DNA of 64,000 nt from assembly GCF_001194135.2 (NCBI RefSeq), contig NC_068986.1:113529505-113593504 (forward strand). The letters are read 5' to 3'. This document shows, one piece after another, positions 39,496 through 52,173 of this stretch. Numbering within the stretch: position 1 is the stretch's first letter; the number at the start of each line of letters is the position of its first letter. Below the pieces are notes generated by a model that saw nothing but the letters and a program-made list of their open reading frames with translations, searched no databases and was not told the origin of the DNA. The position numbers were made by a program, and so were the translations under genes. Source of the stretch: Octopus bimaculoides (lineage: Eukaryota).

Positions 39496-39959
39496 GTGTG
39501 TATGTGTGTGTAAAAGGGTAGGTATAGGCGAGTGTTTATGAGGCTAGCTTCAGTACAGTTGGATCTCAGTTTCGATCCCAGTAAGTGGCATCTAGGTTAA
39601 AACCCTTTACTGCAACCCAAGATTAGAATCGGTGTCCAAGCTCGTCAGATGATGTGCACCTGTAAAAAAAAATGTTCAGCTTCTTCACAATGTATCATGC
39701 TTGTTTTACTTCAGAGAATCTTCAATATAGTTTGAAGGAAACGGTGATGCACACATCCACTTCATACAAAAATTCAATGAGATATTCGTGCAACGATTGA
39801 AACTGTTAAACGCTCAAACACTGAAATATACGTCTATGTATACAAACGCATATTCGTATATGTCTGCGGGTATTTTCTATATATACATATATATGTGTGT
39901 GTGTGTATTTTTGGTTGCGCGCACCCGTGCTTGCAAGCGCTTTTGTCCTATAACGCAAT

Positions 39960-40830
39960 TTAGCAAAATTGTATAATCGGATGAAATAGTAAGAAAACAT
40001 CTGGAAGCTAGAGATGGCGTTTATGGACTTCATATAACATAGAATTAAATGACTCTCTTAATACTCAGAAAAGAATAAGCGCCGCCGTAGAACAGGACTG
40101 AGCTGTTGAAGTGTTTATTGTTGCCACATATTACGGTAATGCTGCTGCCATGCCATGTTCTCTGCCGGACAGTCAACGAAGAATTCCCAACAATAATCCG
40201 AAAGCAGTAATTATAAAGTAGGGCATTCATAGATTTCGAAGTCGTACGATATTTGAATAGAGGGCAGGAGAAAAAAATATACTTAGATTTCTTAGTATAA
40301 TTAAAGCTAATGATGACAGCTTCCACTCATTCAATAAATTGATGATGCAAAATAGCAGAAGGAACATAAGATTTTGTTACGCCTAACTCAGAAACACAAT
40401 GAAGAGCACAACAAGAGACAGTGTATGATGTATATAAATATCTGGCTGAAAGACTGTTAATAGAAACAGCAACGAAACTGAAACAGTCTGAGTTACTCAT
40501 GATATTGTGCAATACCTGCTGATAGTTGAGTAGATTGCGTGAAACGTCTGAAAAAAATTTTATCAACTTTCGGTCGACTTCAGAACAAAGTGATTTCAGA
40601 GAAGCAGCTGCTGATCTTCATTCTTAGATAGATGAGTTGATAGAAACGCGTAAAAATTCTTGTAAGGAAGCAATTAAAGCGTGTGAGAATTTATGTAAAA
40701 CATGGTAGTTGGCCATTAATAGCTGAAAATCATGTTCTAAAGGAAATCGCGGAAAAATGTAGCTGTTGCTGGATTAACTGTTGAACAGGAAATTCGTCGC
40801 GTTATGGAACGGTGTCATCGGTTAATTATA
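39960..40830 (+). mobile_element. Decayed hAT transposase fragment (ZMYM1/Tip100-like)
   Basis: YYGNAAAM (~40129-40152, cf. CYDNAAVM), QRRIPNNNPKAV (~40174-40209), SDFREAAADL (~40589-40618), AGLTVEQEIRRVM (~40768-40806), colinear with hAT transposases; many stops. Confidence 0.75.
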
Positions 40831-41569
40831 AAAAGAACCAAACGGATTTCTTCTTTATGAGCGTTACAGACGCGCAATGTATTTCTACAAATATACAAAT
40901 TATTGCTCCTGAAGGATTTGAATACGGAAAAATTAGTAGAAAAACTGTTCGTATTTAGTTGATTAGTAAAGAATTATTCTAGTTTTACTCAGTTCTTACA
41001 AAGAAACCAAGACTGCAACATGCTAAATAAAAGAACGCTGAACGATATTCCTTAGCCAAAACGTGTACTCAATTTGCTTATTCATATAATTTTCGTCTTA
41101 CCAAGTTACGTTCCAAAAGTAAAGGACCAAAAGGCAGATATGTTTAACAATTACGAGTTCTGTTGATGCGTCTCAGTCGGCCTATACAAGTCTGAAACAA
41201 ATTTTTATGATGATGTGAACCGATGAATGATATATATATANNNNNNNNNNNNNNNNNNNNNNNNNNNNNNNNNNNNNNNNNNNNNNNNNNNNNNNNNNNN
41301 NNNNNNNNNNNNNNNNNNNNNNNNNNNNNNNNNNNNNNNNNNNNNNNNNNNNNNNNNNNNNNNNNNNNNNNNNNNNNNNNNNNNNNNNNNNNNNNNNNNN
41401 NNNNNNNNNNNNNNNNNNNNNNNNNNNNNNNNNNNNNNNNNNNNNNNNNNNNNNNNNNNNNNNNNNNNNNNNNNNNNNNNNNNNNNNNNNNNNNNNNNNN
41501 NNNNNNNNNNNNNNNNNNNNNNNNNNNNNNNNNNNNNNNNNNNNNNNNNNNNNNNNNNNNNNNNNNNNN

Positions 41570-41601
<32 letters not shown>

Positions 41602-42336
41602 GTGTGTGTAAGTGTTTGTATGTGTATGTGTGTATGTAGGCATGTATATATGTATTTGTTTGCCACTTTACTCTAGGAAGGAAGAAATGAATGGGTGAGT
41701 AAACGATACAAGAATACCGTTAATGACAGGAAATAAACAACTTTATGAATAATAGGAAATAAACTCACGAAGATGTTCGACGCCATCTTCGAATTCTTAA
41801 CACTGTTAACATGAATGAAGGAGATGCTCTAGCATGCAGTTGAATAACTTTAATGCACACGCATTTATGCTGTCATATAAACCAGGCAGAATTTAAAGTA
41901 AAAATATTTTTTTCAGTGTAGAAATATATTAAAATTCTGCTGATTGCACCAGTGTGTTAGATATTTAGAAACTGAATCATACATCTATTTGTTACTTAAT
42001 CCTGTGACCCTTAATTCTATGCTTACTATAAGCAAAGTTCAAGATCTTTATTTTGAATCTAACTGGAGTAATATGTCGCATATATTCACTAAAGCTAAAT
42101 AAAACTTCTGCTTCAAATCATTGGAGATATATGTTAAAAGTTATTATTATTATTACATGTAAATTTCGGTATACACTAGGTTTCAATATCCTTTTAAGTG
42201 TTTAGTTAAGCGTTCCTGACTGTAAGAGGCGACTCTAGAAGGCATTCTATCAGAACCTCATTCAAACATTTGCCTATATCTTTGTTTACAGTACCCATTG
42301 CACAAATTATTATAGGCAAAAGCTTTACAATTTTTC

Positions 42337-42735
42337 TTATTCCATATTGTTATCAGTATTATCATTGCCTTTGCGCAGCTGCTGGAGATGTACAACGGTG
42401 TCAGCTGTTCGCTTCCAGTGAACTAAGTAACACCTCTTAATTTTCCAGCACCTTCCAGAGTTCCAAGCAGTGCTGTTTGCTGCAAGTGCTCCACCCTTAT
42501 TGCAGCCCCTATTTGTTCCACGTACTTCTCCAGATTTTTGTTCACTGTTCCCAGGGCTCCGACAATTATTGGTACTAGTGCTACCTTTTTCATCGACCAC
42601 AACTGCTTAACCTACCAATCTAACCTGTTATATATATCGACTTTTCTTTCTTCCTTATCGCATACCTTGTTGTCAGCTGGGCATGCTATATCTATGATCC
42701 CGTATAATTTGCCTTCTTTCTCAATTAAGACTATG
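42337..42735 (-). mobile_element. R4/Dong-like RLE 3' fragment (same family as 13306-14085)
   Basis: 42460-42690 is closely similar to 13310-13545; adjacent to (ATT)n at 42765-42830. Confidence 0.88.
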
Positions 42736-42771
42736 TCTGGCTTCCTATTCTTTCATTATTGCTATTATCAC

Positions 42772-42831
<60 letters not shown>

Positions 42832-43009
42832 GTTGTTATTTTGCTTCTTTCTTCAAATTTTCTTCCATTTCTCGCCGAGTGTGTGTGTGTGTCTTCGCAC
42901 GCTTATAGATAGGAGGGAGATACCAATAAATCTTTAGATCGAACACCATTACAATGTAGCATTTAATATAATCGAGTGCCACTGAGTACCTTTAATGGAA
43001 GCAATTACT

Positions 43010-43162
43010 GATTTCAAATTTCGGCACAAGAGCTCTACGGGTACTTGAAATTATGAATGGCAAAGCCGAGCCCGGCGGGATTTGAACTCAGAATGTAAAG
43101 TCGTACGAAATGATGCAAAGCATCATTTCTCAGTAATAACCATTCTGTCAGCTCGCCGCCTT
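43010..43162 (-). mobile_element. SINE family B, degenerate
   Basis: GGCAAAGCCGAGCCCGGCGGGATTTGAACTCAGAATGTAAAG...CATTCTGTCAGCTCGCCGCC. Confidence 0.8.
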
Positions 43163-44011
43163 AAGGGAACTAATTATTAACGAGAGAATAACTTGTTGTG
43201 AATGAATAACGAACAGGCGCTGACCGAGAAAATCAGAAGCAATGAGATTTGGTGACGAACAAGGGAAATAAGGTAACTGCCAACAAATGATAAACGGAAA
43301 GAAGGACAAAGGTGTACTACCAGTGCTTAGCTGAATATCAGCGGTAATAAAGCAAATACAACACATTCTTCGGTAGCCATCAAATATTTTTCTCAGGTAG
43401 TACTACCTTGATTTCTTCATCCAATCTGCCTCTGTTTGGAATGAGATAAAGATGTGGCTTCTATTTCTAGCGTAGGAAATAACAACATCAACAACAACAC
43501 CAACAACATCGGAAGCCCTCTTATTCGATGTTGCAGTTGATGTAGATTGAGATCAAATTAATCAGGATTCTAGCAGAAATAAAAATGAAAGTAGAATTAA
43601 ACAAGAAAGGTTGAGGAAAACTTGTGTGGAGATTTAGAAAGAAAAGAAAAAGAATGAAGGTAAGTAATTGGAAGAACTACTTGAGAGATTTGTATTTGTC
43701 TGCAACTAATTTAACAGTTGTTTGTACAAGATATTACATAGAAACGTGATAATCTATACAAGAAATGGAATTGGTACATGAAGCTAATTACATACAGAGT
43801 CTGCGAAATCGGAGGTTTATTATACAGAATGATATAAAGCACATAGCAGCGAATATTAATTCCGATATATCCAGGAGATAATAAAGAAATAGGATTTGAC
43901 GTTAGAAATATTGGATAACGGAGAGGAAGAATACAGCGAGGAGAATAAAGAAAAAATAATGAAGAAAACAAAGAGATAGAGTGAAAAGAAGGAGAATAAG
44001 GCAGCGGAGCC

Positions 44012-44042
<31 letters not shown>

Positions 44043-44061
44043 ATAGTAGTAGTAGTAGTAA

Positions 44062-44103
<42 letters not shown>

Positions 44104-44889
44104 ATTATCTATCGTTGCATCGAAAGCAAATTGTGGTAGGAAGTTGTAATATCCTAAACGAAGTTATCGGGTACAGTACGAGTAAAACTGAAAGTCAACC
44201 GCATTCAAGGTAAATATTTATACTGATTACAAAAGACGCGTTCCGATAGAAACCCTTTGATCCACATCTCGATGTTCCTTTATGACTAAAGCTACAAAAA
44301 TATCAACATGCCACTAAGACTTTTCTTTCTATATTAAAAGAATTCGCTCGGTAAAACAAAGAAGGGGAGAAAAAAAATAGTTATCACTTATCATAAATGT
44401 CATCAAGTTGCAATCGTTCGTTTTCTCTTTTTTATTTTCTGTTCATTTTACGATGAAGATTAAAATAGAAGAAAAATATTTGTATTTTTATAACATGTTG
44501 GATTTTCATACATTGTTGTATGTTCGCCTCTGTTAACTCCTTTCTTGCGTGGGAAAGAATTTTTGAATAAATTCTTTTAACAAGCATTCCTGCAGAGTGA
44601 AATAAATGATGGAAGGCATATTTTGATAAAATACACCGGTGATAGACGAAAGAATTTAGAATGAAAACTATGTTCCGATATACTGTATGACATACATATA
44701 TACTATATGAGTTATGTTCTTATATACTATATACAACTTGCAGCAAAATGATCTGACACATTTGTAAGTTTAATAAAAGTGAAATAGAGAAAAGAACAAA
44801 AAATGTGTTTTTATTTTCGAAATGTACGTATAATGCCATATTGTTCCAATTGTTGCAATTTGTGACTTTTTGTTTCGTTTTGCTTATGG

Positions 44890-45290
44890 TTGCCAACATG
44901 TATTGGACGAGCGAGCATCGCGCTTTCGTTGTGGAAATATTTATCAACAACGAATCCATAACTGCAACACGAAGAGCATTCCGTGTGCACTTAAGGCATG
45001 ATAGACATGATCCCGTACCTACTCGAAATTCTACAGCAGCAGAATTCAGCATTTGGGGTTCGTACTTCTTCGAAGAAGATAATGTTACAGTGACTGTGAA
45101 CTCTGGTCGATATTGTGTGATGCTAGAGAATTTTCTGGAACCCAAATTCAATAAACTTGACGATAGGGACAATGTTTCGTTTCAAGAGGATGGGGCAACA
45201 GCCCACACTTCTCGACGTACGATGAGGATTTTGATGGAGATGTTCCCTGGTCGTTTGATCTCATTGCATGCTGACATCGGTTATATTACA
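44890..45290 (+). mobile_element. Internally deleted Tc1/mariner-superfamily transposase (maT/DD37D-like)
   Basis: N-terminal MYWTSEHRAFVVEIF..ITATRRAFRVH..DPVPTRN fused directly to the catalytic-region segment WGSYFFEE..TVTVNSGRYCVMLENFL..FQEDGATAHT..MFPGRLISL. No TIRs identified. Confidence 0.8.
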
Positions 45291-45429
45291 TTTCCATAAT
45301 ATATTATGGAAAATCTTGCTTAAAATGGCACGTCGATGATTTATGATTCTCTGTGTAATGAAAAGCGTTTGCTTAGGAAAGCAAACATGTATTCGATTCA
45401 TCCAACATGCACAAACACAATAAAAGAAA

Positions 45430-45612
45430 AAAAATATTATCCCCTGGATAGGACGCTGGTCCTATGCAGGAATACTCACTTTTGCCAGGTGAGCGAAGTG
45501 AAGCAACATTAAATGAAATGTTTTGCTCAAGAATTCATCTCACTGTCCCCCTCCCGGGAATCGAAACCACAGTCTTCAGATCATGAGTCCAATATCCCTG
45601 AACACTAAACTA
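45430..45612 (-). mobile_element. tRNA-derived SINE, family C
   Basis: Plus strand ATGAAATGTTTTGCTCAAGAA..CCCGGGAATCGAAACCAC..GATCATGAGTCCAATA.CCT.AACACTA; similar to 61840-61940. Confidence 0.7.
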
Positions 45613-45811
45613 CGAATATTTCCACACACGCACACACACACACACACACAAGCACACACACATATGCAATCACACGTACACACACACACACACACAAGCA
45701 CACACACATATACAATCACATGTACGCACGCTCGCGCACATACACATATACATGAGTGTGTTTGTGTATATATAAATATATATGCAAATTTGTGTATACA
45801 TATGCATTATG

Positions 45812-45868
<57 letters not shown>

Positions 45869-45953
45869 NNNNNNNNNNNNNNNNNNNNNNNNNNNNNNNN
45901 NNNNNNNNNNNNNNNNNNNNNNNNNNNGGACCCAACAGAATATATATATATAT

Positions 45954-46030
<77 letters not shown>

Positions 46031-46032
<2 letters not shown>

Positions 46033-47105
46033 GAGTTAGCAACTAATTACCCGCTTTTTTCTAAATTTTGGAATTTATTGTTTTTAGATTGTATATGGAG
46101 AGGGTGCCATAGCTGAAAGAACCGCTCGTGATTGGTATGTCAAGTTCAAAAATGGAAATTTTGACCTGAAAGATACACCGCGTTCTGGCCGTCCAGTTGA
46201 GGTCGATGAAGAGCGACTAAACCAACTTTTACTCGAAAATTATCATCAAACGACAAGGGAACTGGCAAAGAAAATGGAATGCTCTCACACTGCTATAGAG
46301 AAGCATCTTCACTCGCTGGGAAAGGTTCAGGAGTATAGAGCATGGGTTCCGCATGCTTTAAGTGACAACAACAAAAATCAATGAGCCAGACTCTCCGCTG
46401 GATTGCTTGCGCGTCACCGCTCAACTCATGGACACAAGCAATGATTTCTGTACCGAATCTTTACTGGCGACGAAAAATGGTTCCTGTACATCAATATGAA
46501 GCAGCGTAAGGAATGGCTTAGCCCCAGTAATCAAGGGACACCGCGCGTGAAACAAGATGTTCATCCTCGTAAAAAGATGTTGTGCGCATAGTGGGACTGG
46601 GAAGGGATTATCCATTACGAATTACTTGAACGGAACCAAACGGTCAACGCGGAACTCTACGTTCAACAGATGGAACGACTTAGCACGGCTATTCAAGAGA
46701 AAAGACCTAATCGGTAGCCTGAAGTTCTGCTGCCCGACAACTCTCGCCCTCATATCGCGAATATGACAAAGGAAGCTATCCTTACGCATGGCTGGAAAGT
46801 GCTGCCACACCCACTGTATTCTCCTGATTTAGCTCCAACGGATTTCCACCTCTTTCGATCTATTTCAAATTCTATGCGCAGACTTTCGTTCAATACTGAT
46901 GCAGAATTGAGAGCTTGGTTGGATCATTTTTTCAAGTCGAAATCGGGTGATTTTTGCCAACGAGGTACTGAAAATCTTGTTGAACGTTGGGAAGATGTTG
47001 TAAACAACAAGTGTGAATACATTATTGATTAATTAGTTATGTTTTATTAAACCTCTTAAAAAATTTAGATTTAAAAAAACGCCGAGAACTTAGTTGCCAA
47101 CCCAA
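46031..47105 (+). mobile_element. mariner (DD34D) transposon with both TIRs, non-functional
   Basis: Left TIR TTGAGTTAGCAACTAATTACCCGC (46031) vs right end GAGAACTTAGTTGCCAACCCAA|TA (to 47105). One frame from 46094 to 47032 holds ERTARDW, PRSGRP, WVPHAL, TGDEKW, PDNSRPH and YSPDLAPTDFHLF, with stops at 46382, 46442, 46589 and 46715; the ORF start is deleted. Confidence 0.95.
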
Positions 47106-47288
47106 TATATNNNNNNNNNNNNNNNNNNNNNNNNNNNNNNNNNNNNNNNNNNNNNNNNNNNNNNNNNNNNNNNNNNNNNNNNNNNNNNNNNNNNNNNNNN
47201 NNNNNNNNNNTAGACACATTCCTGGCGCTGGTACGTAAGGAGTATTCTAAATGTCTTTTTAAGTCATTGCCATGTTCTTCTGTGTTAG

Positions 47289-47359
47289 CAGTGCTTCTTT
47301 GGTGTGGTGTTGATGGTGATGCATTTCACCCGGCCCTCTTCTTCGCAAATAAAACTCAC
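47289..47359 (+). CDS. Candidate short coding exon (phase 1 to 0)
   Basis: TTCTTCTGTGTTAG|CAG acceptor, open frame VLLWCGVDGDAFHPALFFANKTH, donor CAC|GTAAGT. Confidence 0.25.
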
Positions 47360-47414
47360 GTAAGTTTATATCTCAACCACAGAATTTCAGACAGTTGACC
47401 ATTTATCATTTTCG

Positions 47415-47600
47415 TATTTGATTATTATTATCCTCACAAGGCCTGTGAGCTAAAAGAATCTTTAGCGCGGAGAACAAAATGCTTAGCGGCATTTTGTCCG
47501 GCTCTTTACATCCTGAGTTCGAATTCTACCAAAGTTTACTATCTCTTTTGTCATTATTTGGTTGATAAAATAAATATAAATCAAGCAGTAAGGTCGATCT
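47415..47600 (+). mobile_element. SINE family B, degenerate (similar relics at 48490-48680 and 58125-58290)
   Basis: GAGCT..AAGAATC.TTAGCGCG..GAACAAAATGCTTAGCGGCATTT.GTCCG..TTTAC.TCCTGAGTTCGAATT. Confidence 0.7.
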
Positions 47601-48712
47601 CATGGACTTACCCCTAAACCTGGTTCCCTTGAGCGAAAATCCTCAACCAGTCATTCTTATTCTCCTTTTATTACTCTTTTCTTGCTTTAGGAAACTCGTT
47701 TTCCCTCATCACAAACGATAAATTTGTAACTCATACAGATATATTTCCGATGTGATGAATAGATGAACAATTAAGTCAAATTTTTGTCACATCTTTTATT
47801 GTTATTGTTGTTGTTACCCTTTTCTTCTACTTCCGTTTTTGTTTTCTTTCTCTTTCTACTTATTGCTGTTTAACCCCGCCATTAGGTGGGTCCAATACAT
47901 TTGTGATGAAAGGCACTCTGGCAATGAACACACTGTCTATTTCGCAGCCTCAAGGGATACAATGTCTAGCATGACAGCCTATGTTCTATGGCAGCTAAAT
48001 TGTTTCGCATAAGGAAGCAAGACGGAAATTATTTCAGTGCTGCGTACATGATTCTCTCTCGTCAGATCTACACTGCATCAACACACGGCTAGAACTATCA
48101 AATATATCGGTCTATTGTTATTTTGAACACTAAGCTGAATAAATCTTCGATTTCTTTCTTGTCGACCATATCATTTAGAAAGACGTGAAATTGTCATTTG
48201 AGTGTTAAGTATCTTGGCTATTGCCGCCGAGAACAAATACATTGACGAGATATGATCTGTCATCATCTTGGCGAGCTATCCAATACTGCTATCGATTCGC
48301 TGAATTTCGGTGAATTTCTTTCTAGTTGCAGATAATATCGGTTTCTCAGATTGGCACAAAAACATATCATTTAGAGGAAGATACAGTCTTTTAAATCGAT
48401 GCTAGACTGGTACTAATTCTACCGGACTCCTTTAGAATAAAAAGCAATGATGACGTTTGTGCAATTTAGACTCAAAATATAAACGGGTGAAGCAAATGCA
48501 CCAAGCATCATTTGCGGCACTTCTTCCTACTCTTCGCAGTCTGAGTTCAAATTCAGTCTCAATGAAATCAACTTCCATCGTTATAGGGTCGATAAATCAA
48601 AGTGCCACTAAAGTACTAGTGTCAATGGTATCAGCTGCTTCTATTCCCCTCAAAATTGCTGCCTGAATTTGAAACCATTATCATTATTGTAATAATAATA
48701 ATAATAATAATA

Positions 48713-48761
<49 letters not shown>

Positions 48762-48763
<2 letters not shown>

Positions 48764-49290
48764 GAGCGACAGAGCAGCGCATGACATCCAAGTGACACTG
48801 GGGTACAAATAATAGAAGCCCAGTATACACATCATGACTACTCGTCTGATAAGGGTACGCTAGGCATGTACATCATGACCTTACATGCGTGACATGGTGA
48901 TCTCATATCAAGATACTCAGTGCACCACATTGCAGGTGGGGACCAATTAAAATTTTCTTCAGGCTGAGTAGCCCATACCGCTCCAAAGGTCCCTGAATAA
49001 GGATTGTTTAAGGATGTTGAACAAAACATCCATGTTTCCGGAGGTGAATTATCCAAACCCCAGAGATGTTCCCCCACTGCTTTTTCTCGTGATCTGAGAT
49101 GCATATATCGTCAGCCACCAAGGAATGCTCAGCTGGTTAAAATCAAACAATTGACAAGCAAATCCGTGGTATTGAGCAGGACACATGTGGTAGCCCATCA
49201 TTTAGAGCAAGACAAAACATGTACATGATAACACTTCCAATCAGTTAAGAGAAGTCGTGAGAGACAATGCCTGGCACTGCATCCGGGCAT
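48762..49290. repeat. ~520-bp unclassified interspersed repeat embedded between (ATT)n tracts
   Basis: Complex-sequence block bounded by (ATT)n on both sides. It resembles a common octopus repeat from memory, but only one copy is in this window, so repeat status is not shown directly. Confidence 0.45.
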
Positions 49291-49329
49291 TTATCTTTGT
49301 TATTCATTATTATTACTATTCTTCTTCTT

Positions 49330-49401
<72 letters not shown>

Positions 49402-49428
49402 TTCAGCAGAAGCAGCAGGAGGTGCAGT

Positions 49429-49464
<36 letters not shown>

Positions 49465-49949
49465 GGTAGTAGTAGTAGTAGTAGTAGTAAGATCAGATTC
49501 GATTGTATAAATATATGTGAATGACTTGATGCCATGGGTAGGTTAGTGGTTGAATGATCTTGCATTGGATATCGGTGTAATAACAGGAACCAAGTCCAGA
49601 ATTTTCTTTTAATATACTTTGGTGTTTATCTTGAATGGCTACATTATATAAACAATGCATTGCCTGAGTATACTGGGAGGAAGAGTGGCTGTGAATTTTT
49701 CTAGGTACAGCGAATCTTGAGGTACGGAATATTTTGATCCGATAGTAATTTGGTGGCCCTGAAGATATGCAACAGTGGAGGCAGTGCCTTAAAATTAAAT
49801 CCAACCCGATCCCTTTCAAAAAGTGTTCGAAACTATTGTTAAGGCAGCTCTACGTAGTATGGACGAGACCAACGGCTGAATAGGAAGAGGCAAGACGTTA
49901 CATGCAGTGAGGTTACTCTCACTCAGATTCGGCTACGGCAGTCAGATTT

Positions 49950-50800
49950 CTTTAGACATCGGCAGATGGTCTTGTAATCTTCCAGCTCTTTTGTACAAGC
50001 AGGTTACTAGAACAGCATCTTAGCTATATTGTGCGTATATCACCAATAAGAAACAAGGGCCTAAGGGCTTCGCAAAAGGATTACTTTTCCAAAATGTGCT
50101 AGTGTGGACATCGATCATTGCATCAGCTCATCCACATTTATCCAAATTAATAATATTTTTCAGTATACTAGGACAGTGTGGAATGTCCACAATTTAATCC
50201 GGTCATCTACAAAATCCACAAGGTGATTTGCTCAGTCGACATAATTAGAACTAGGAGACACGTGTACTAACTCTCGAGCTAAAAAAGAAAAATGACTTTG
50301 AATTGTTGAATGCTTTCTTGTTTTAACTGAAGCGTGTAAAAGCCTTGTCGACATTTGCGCTCGACGACATTGTAATTATATTGAAATATATGGAAAATTG
50401 GGTTTGGAAACATCTAAAGGTGCACCAGACATTAACACGCGCAAACATCAACCAGGACAAGTCACGAGTTTACAGTTTGGGACTTGAAGAAATAAGTCCC
50501 TTTAGGCAAAAGCATCGTGCCGTGCAGGACGGATCATCCAATTAAATTGCTTGATTTGGTACGGTTTCAACTACATCACCAGGTGACCTAGAGAATGAAT
50601 TGTCGTCCAAAGTGGTCCGACATACCCAGAAATTGGCAGAAAGGATGGAAACTTTGAACGGTCAAGTAGAGGCGGCTGCTGTTTGAAAAAGAACTACCTC
50701 TCTACTGTACCTTAGCATTGATCTGTCCGGCGAAGATGGTGACATTCTTTTCGCTTCTTAATGATAAGCCCCGTTCCATCATCTCTGGACATTCTCTTGA
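49950..50800 (+). mobile_element. Decayed L1/Tx1-type LINE RT fragment
   Basis: STFALDDIVII (RT motif C, cf. SAYADDITII), TLTRANINQDKS, TDHPIKLL (cf. TDGPVKLLG), SKVVRHTQKLAERMETLNGQVEAA (cf. QKWSERKLSLKGRAEVA). Confidence 0.75.
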
Positions 50801-50801
50801 G

Positions 50802-51035
50802 GGCAGCGAGCTGGCAGAATCTTTAACAAGCCGGGCGAAATGCTTAGCGGTACTTCGTCTGCCGTTACGTTCTGAGTTCAAATTCCGCCGAAGTCGACTT
50901 TCTTTTTCATCCTTTCGGGGTCGATTAAATAAGTACCAGTGACGCACTGGTGTCGATGTAATCGACTTAATTCTTTTGTCTGCTCTTGTTTTCACCCTCT
51001 ATGTTTAACACCCTGTAGGCAATAAAGAAAGAAAT
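50802..51035 (+). mobile_element. tRNA-derived SINE, family B (best preserved, full length)
   Basis: GGCAGCGAGCTGGCAGAATC (A-box-like)...GAGTTCAAATTCCGCCG (B-box)...GTCGACTTT..CATCCTTTCGGGGTCGAT.AAATAAGTACCAGT...GGCAATAAAGAAAGAAA tail. Confidence 0.92.
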
Positions 51036-51164
51036 ATTCTCTTGATGGAGGGCTCAGTACGCAGCTATCCATCCTATCGATAATTGTGCTTCTTTAAAAT
51101 GTTATTATAACTTGTTTTGTATAACTTGTTTCAACATCACTTTGACTCATAGTCTTATTTTACT

Positions 51165-52142
51165 TTACGGTGTGGGCAGTAATGCTGGTTTTTTCTTGTG
51201 CTTCTGGTTTTCTTGTGGTTGTTGTTGTTGTCTTTCTTGGTATTGTTGACGTTGTTGTTGCCTTTGCTCCTGGGCTACTGGGCATGTGTTTCGAAGATGA
51301 GTTTTGCTACTACAAACGTAGCAAACTGGCCTTCTGCCTTCGACGGCAACATGGAAACTTGAATCCTCTGTTAATTGCATTCTGTGCGGAATTTTCTCAT
51401 AATTTGCTGGATCAACTTGTACCAGGAGTTGAATTTCCTGGCCAATCCAGTTTTCGTGGTACACGGCAGTAGCTTCTAAAATGTTTACTCCCTCCTCTAT
51501 GCCGAGACATATGGCAGATACGAGCCATTCTTCCTTAATTTCAAGAGGCACATTCGATATTTCTATCTTCGTAACCCTACGACCAAGGAACGTAGGGATC
51601 ATGAGCAGGTTCTCATGTTGCAATGGCTTTGTGGAGAGGTCCTTGGCTCGCTGCTCGCTGTCGAATTTTACCTCTATTGTTGCGAACTTCGTTCCTCTCG
51701 TAATGTAAGTTTTATAAGACCATAACAGCCTTAGGCACTTCTCAACCTTTTCCTGAGTAAATTTTTCCGGAGTCTTTGTTTTTGTATTTATGGTTTTGTA
51801 GATGATATTTTTTTTTCTTTTTTCGATTATTATTTTAAAGTCCGCGGGTGTTTCTAGAGGGACTGTAATGTCCTTTTTACTTAGGATGCTTTTGCATGCG
51901 AGTAATTCCTCTTTCGATATATTGAANNNNNNNNNNTTCTAGAGGGACTGTAATGTCCTTTTTACTTAGGATGCTTTTGCATGCGAGTAATTCCTCTTTC
52001 GATATATTGAATATTTTTTTTCTGGGCTTCAAAGCCTCGGCAAAGTTCGTGTTTCTTGTGGTGGTGGTGGTGGCGGTAGTGGTGGTAGCAGTGGTGAAGA
52101 CAGTGGTTGTGTTAGCAAGGACATTTGTGTCATTGCTGTTGC

Positions 52143-52173
<31 letters not shown>

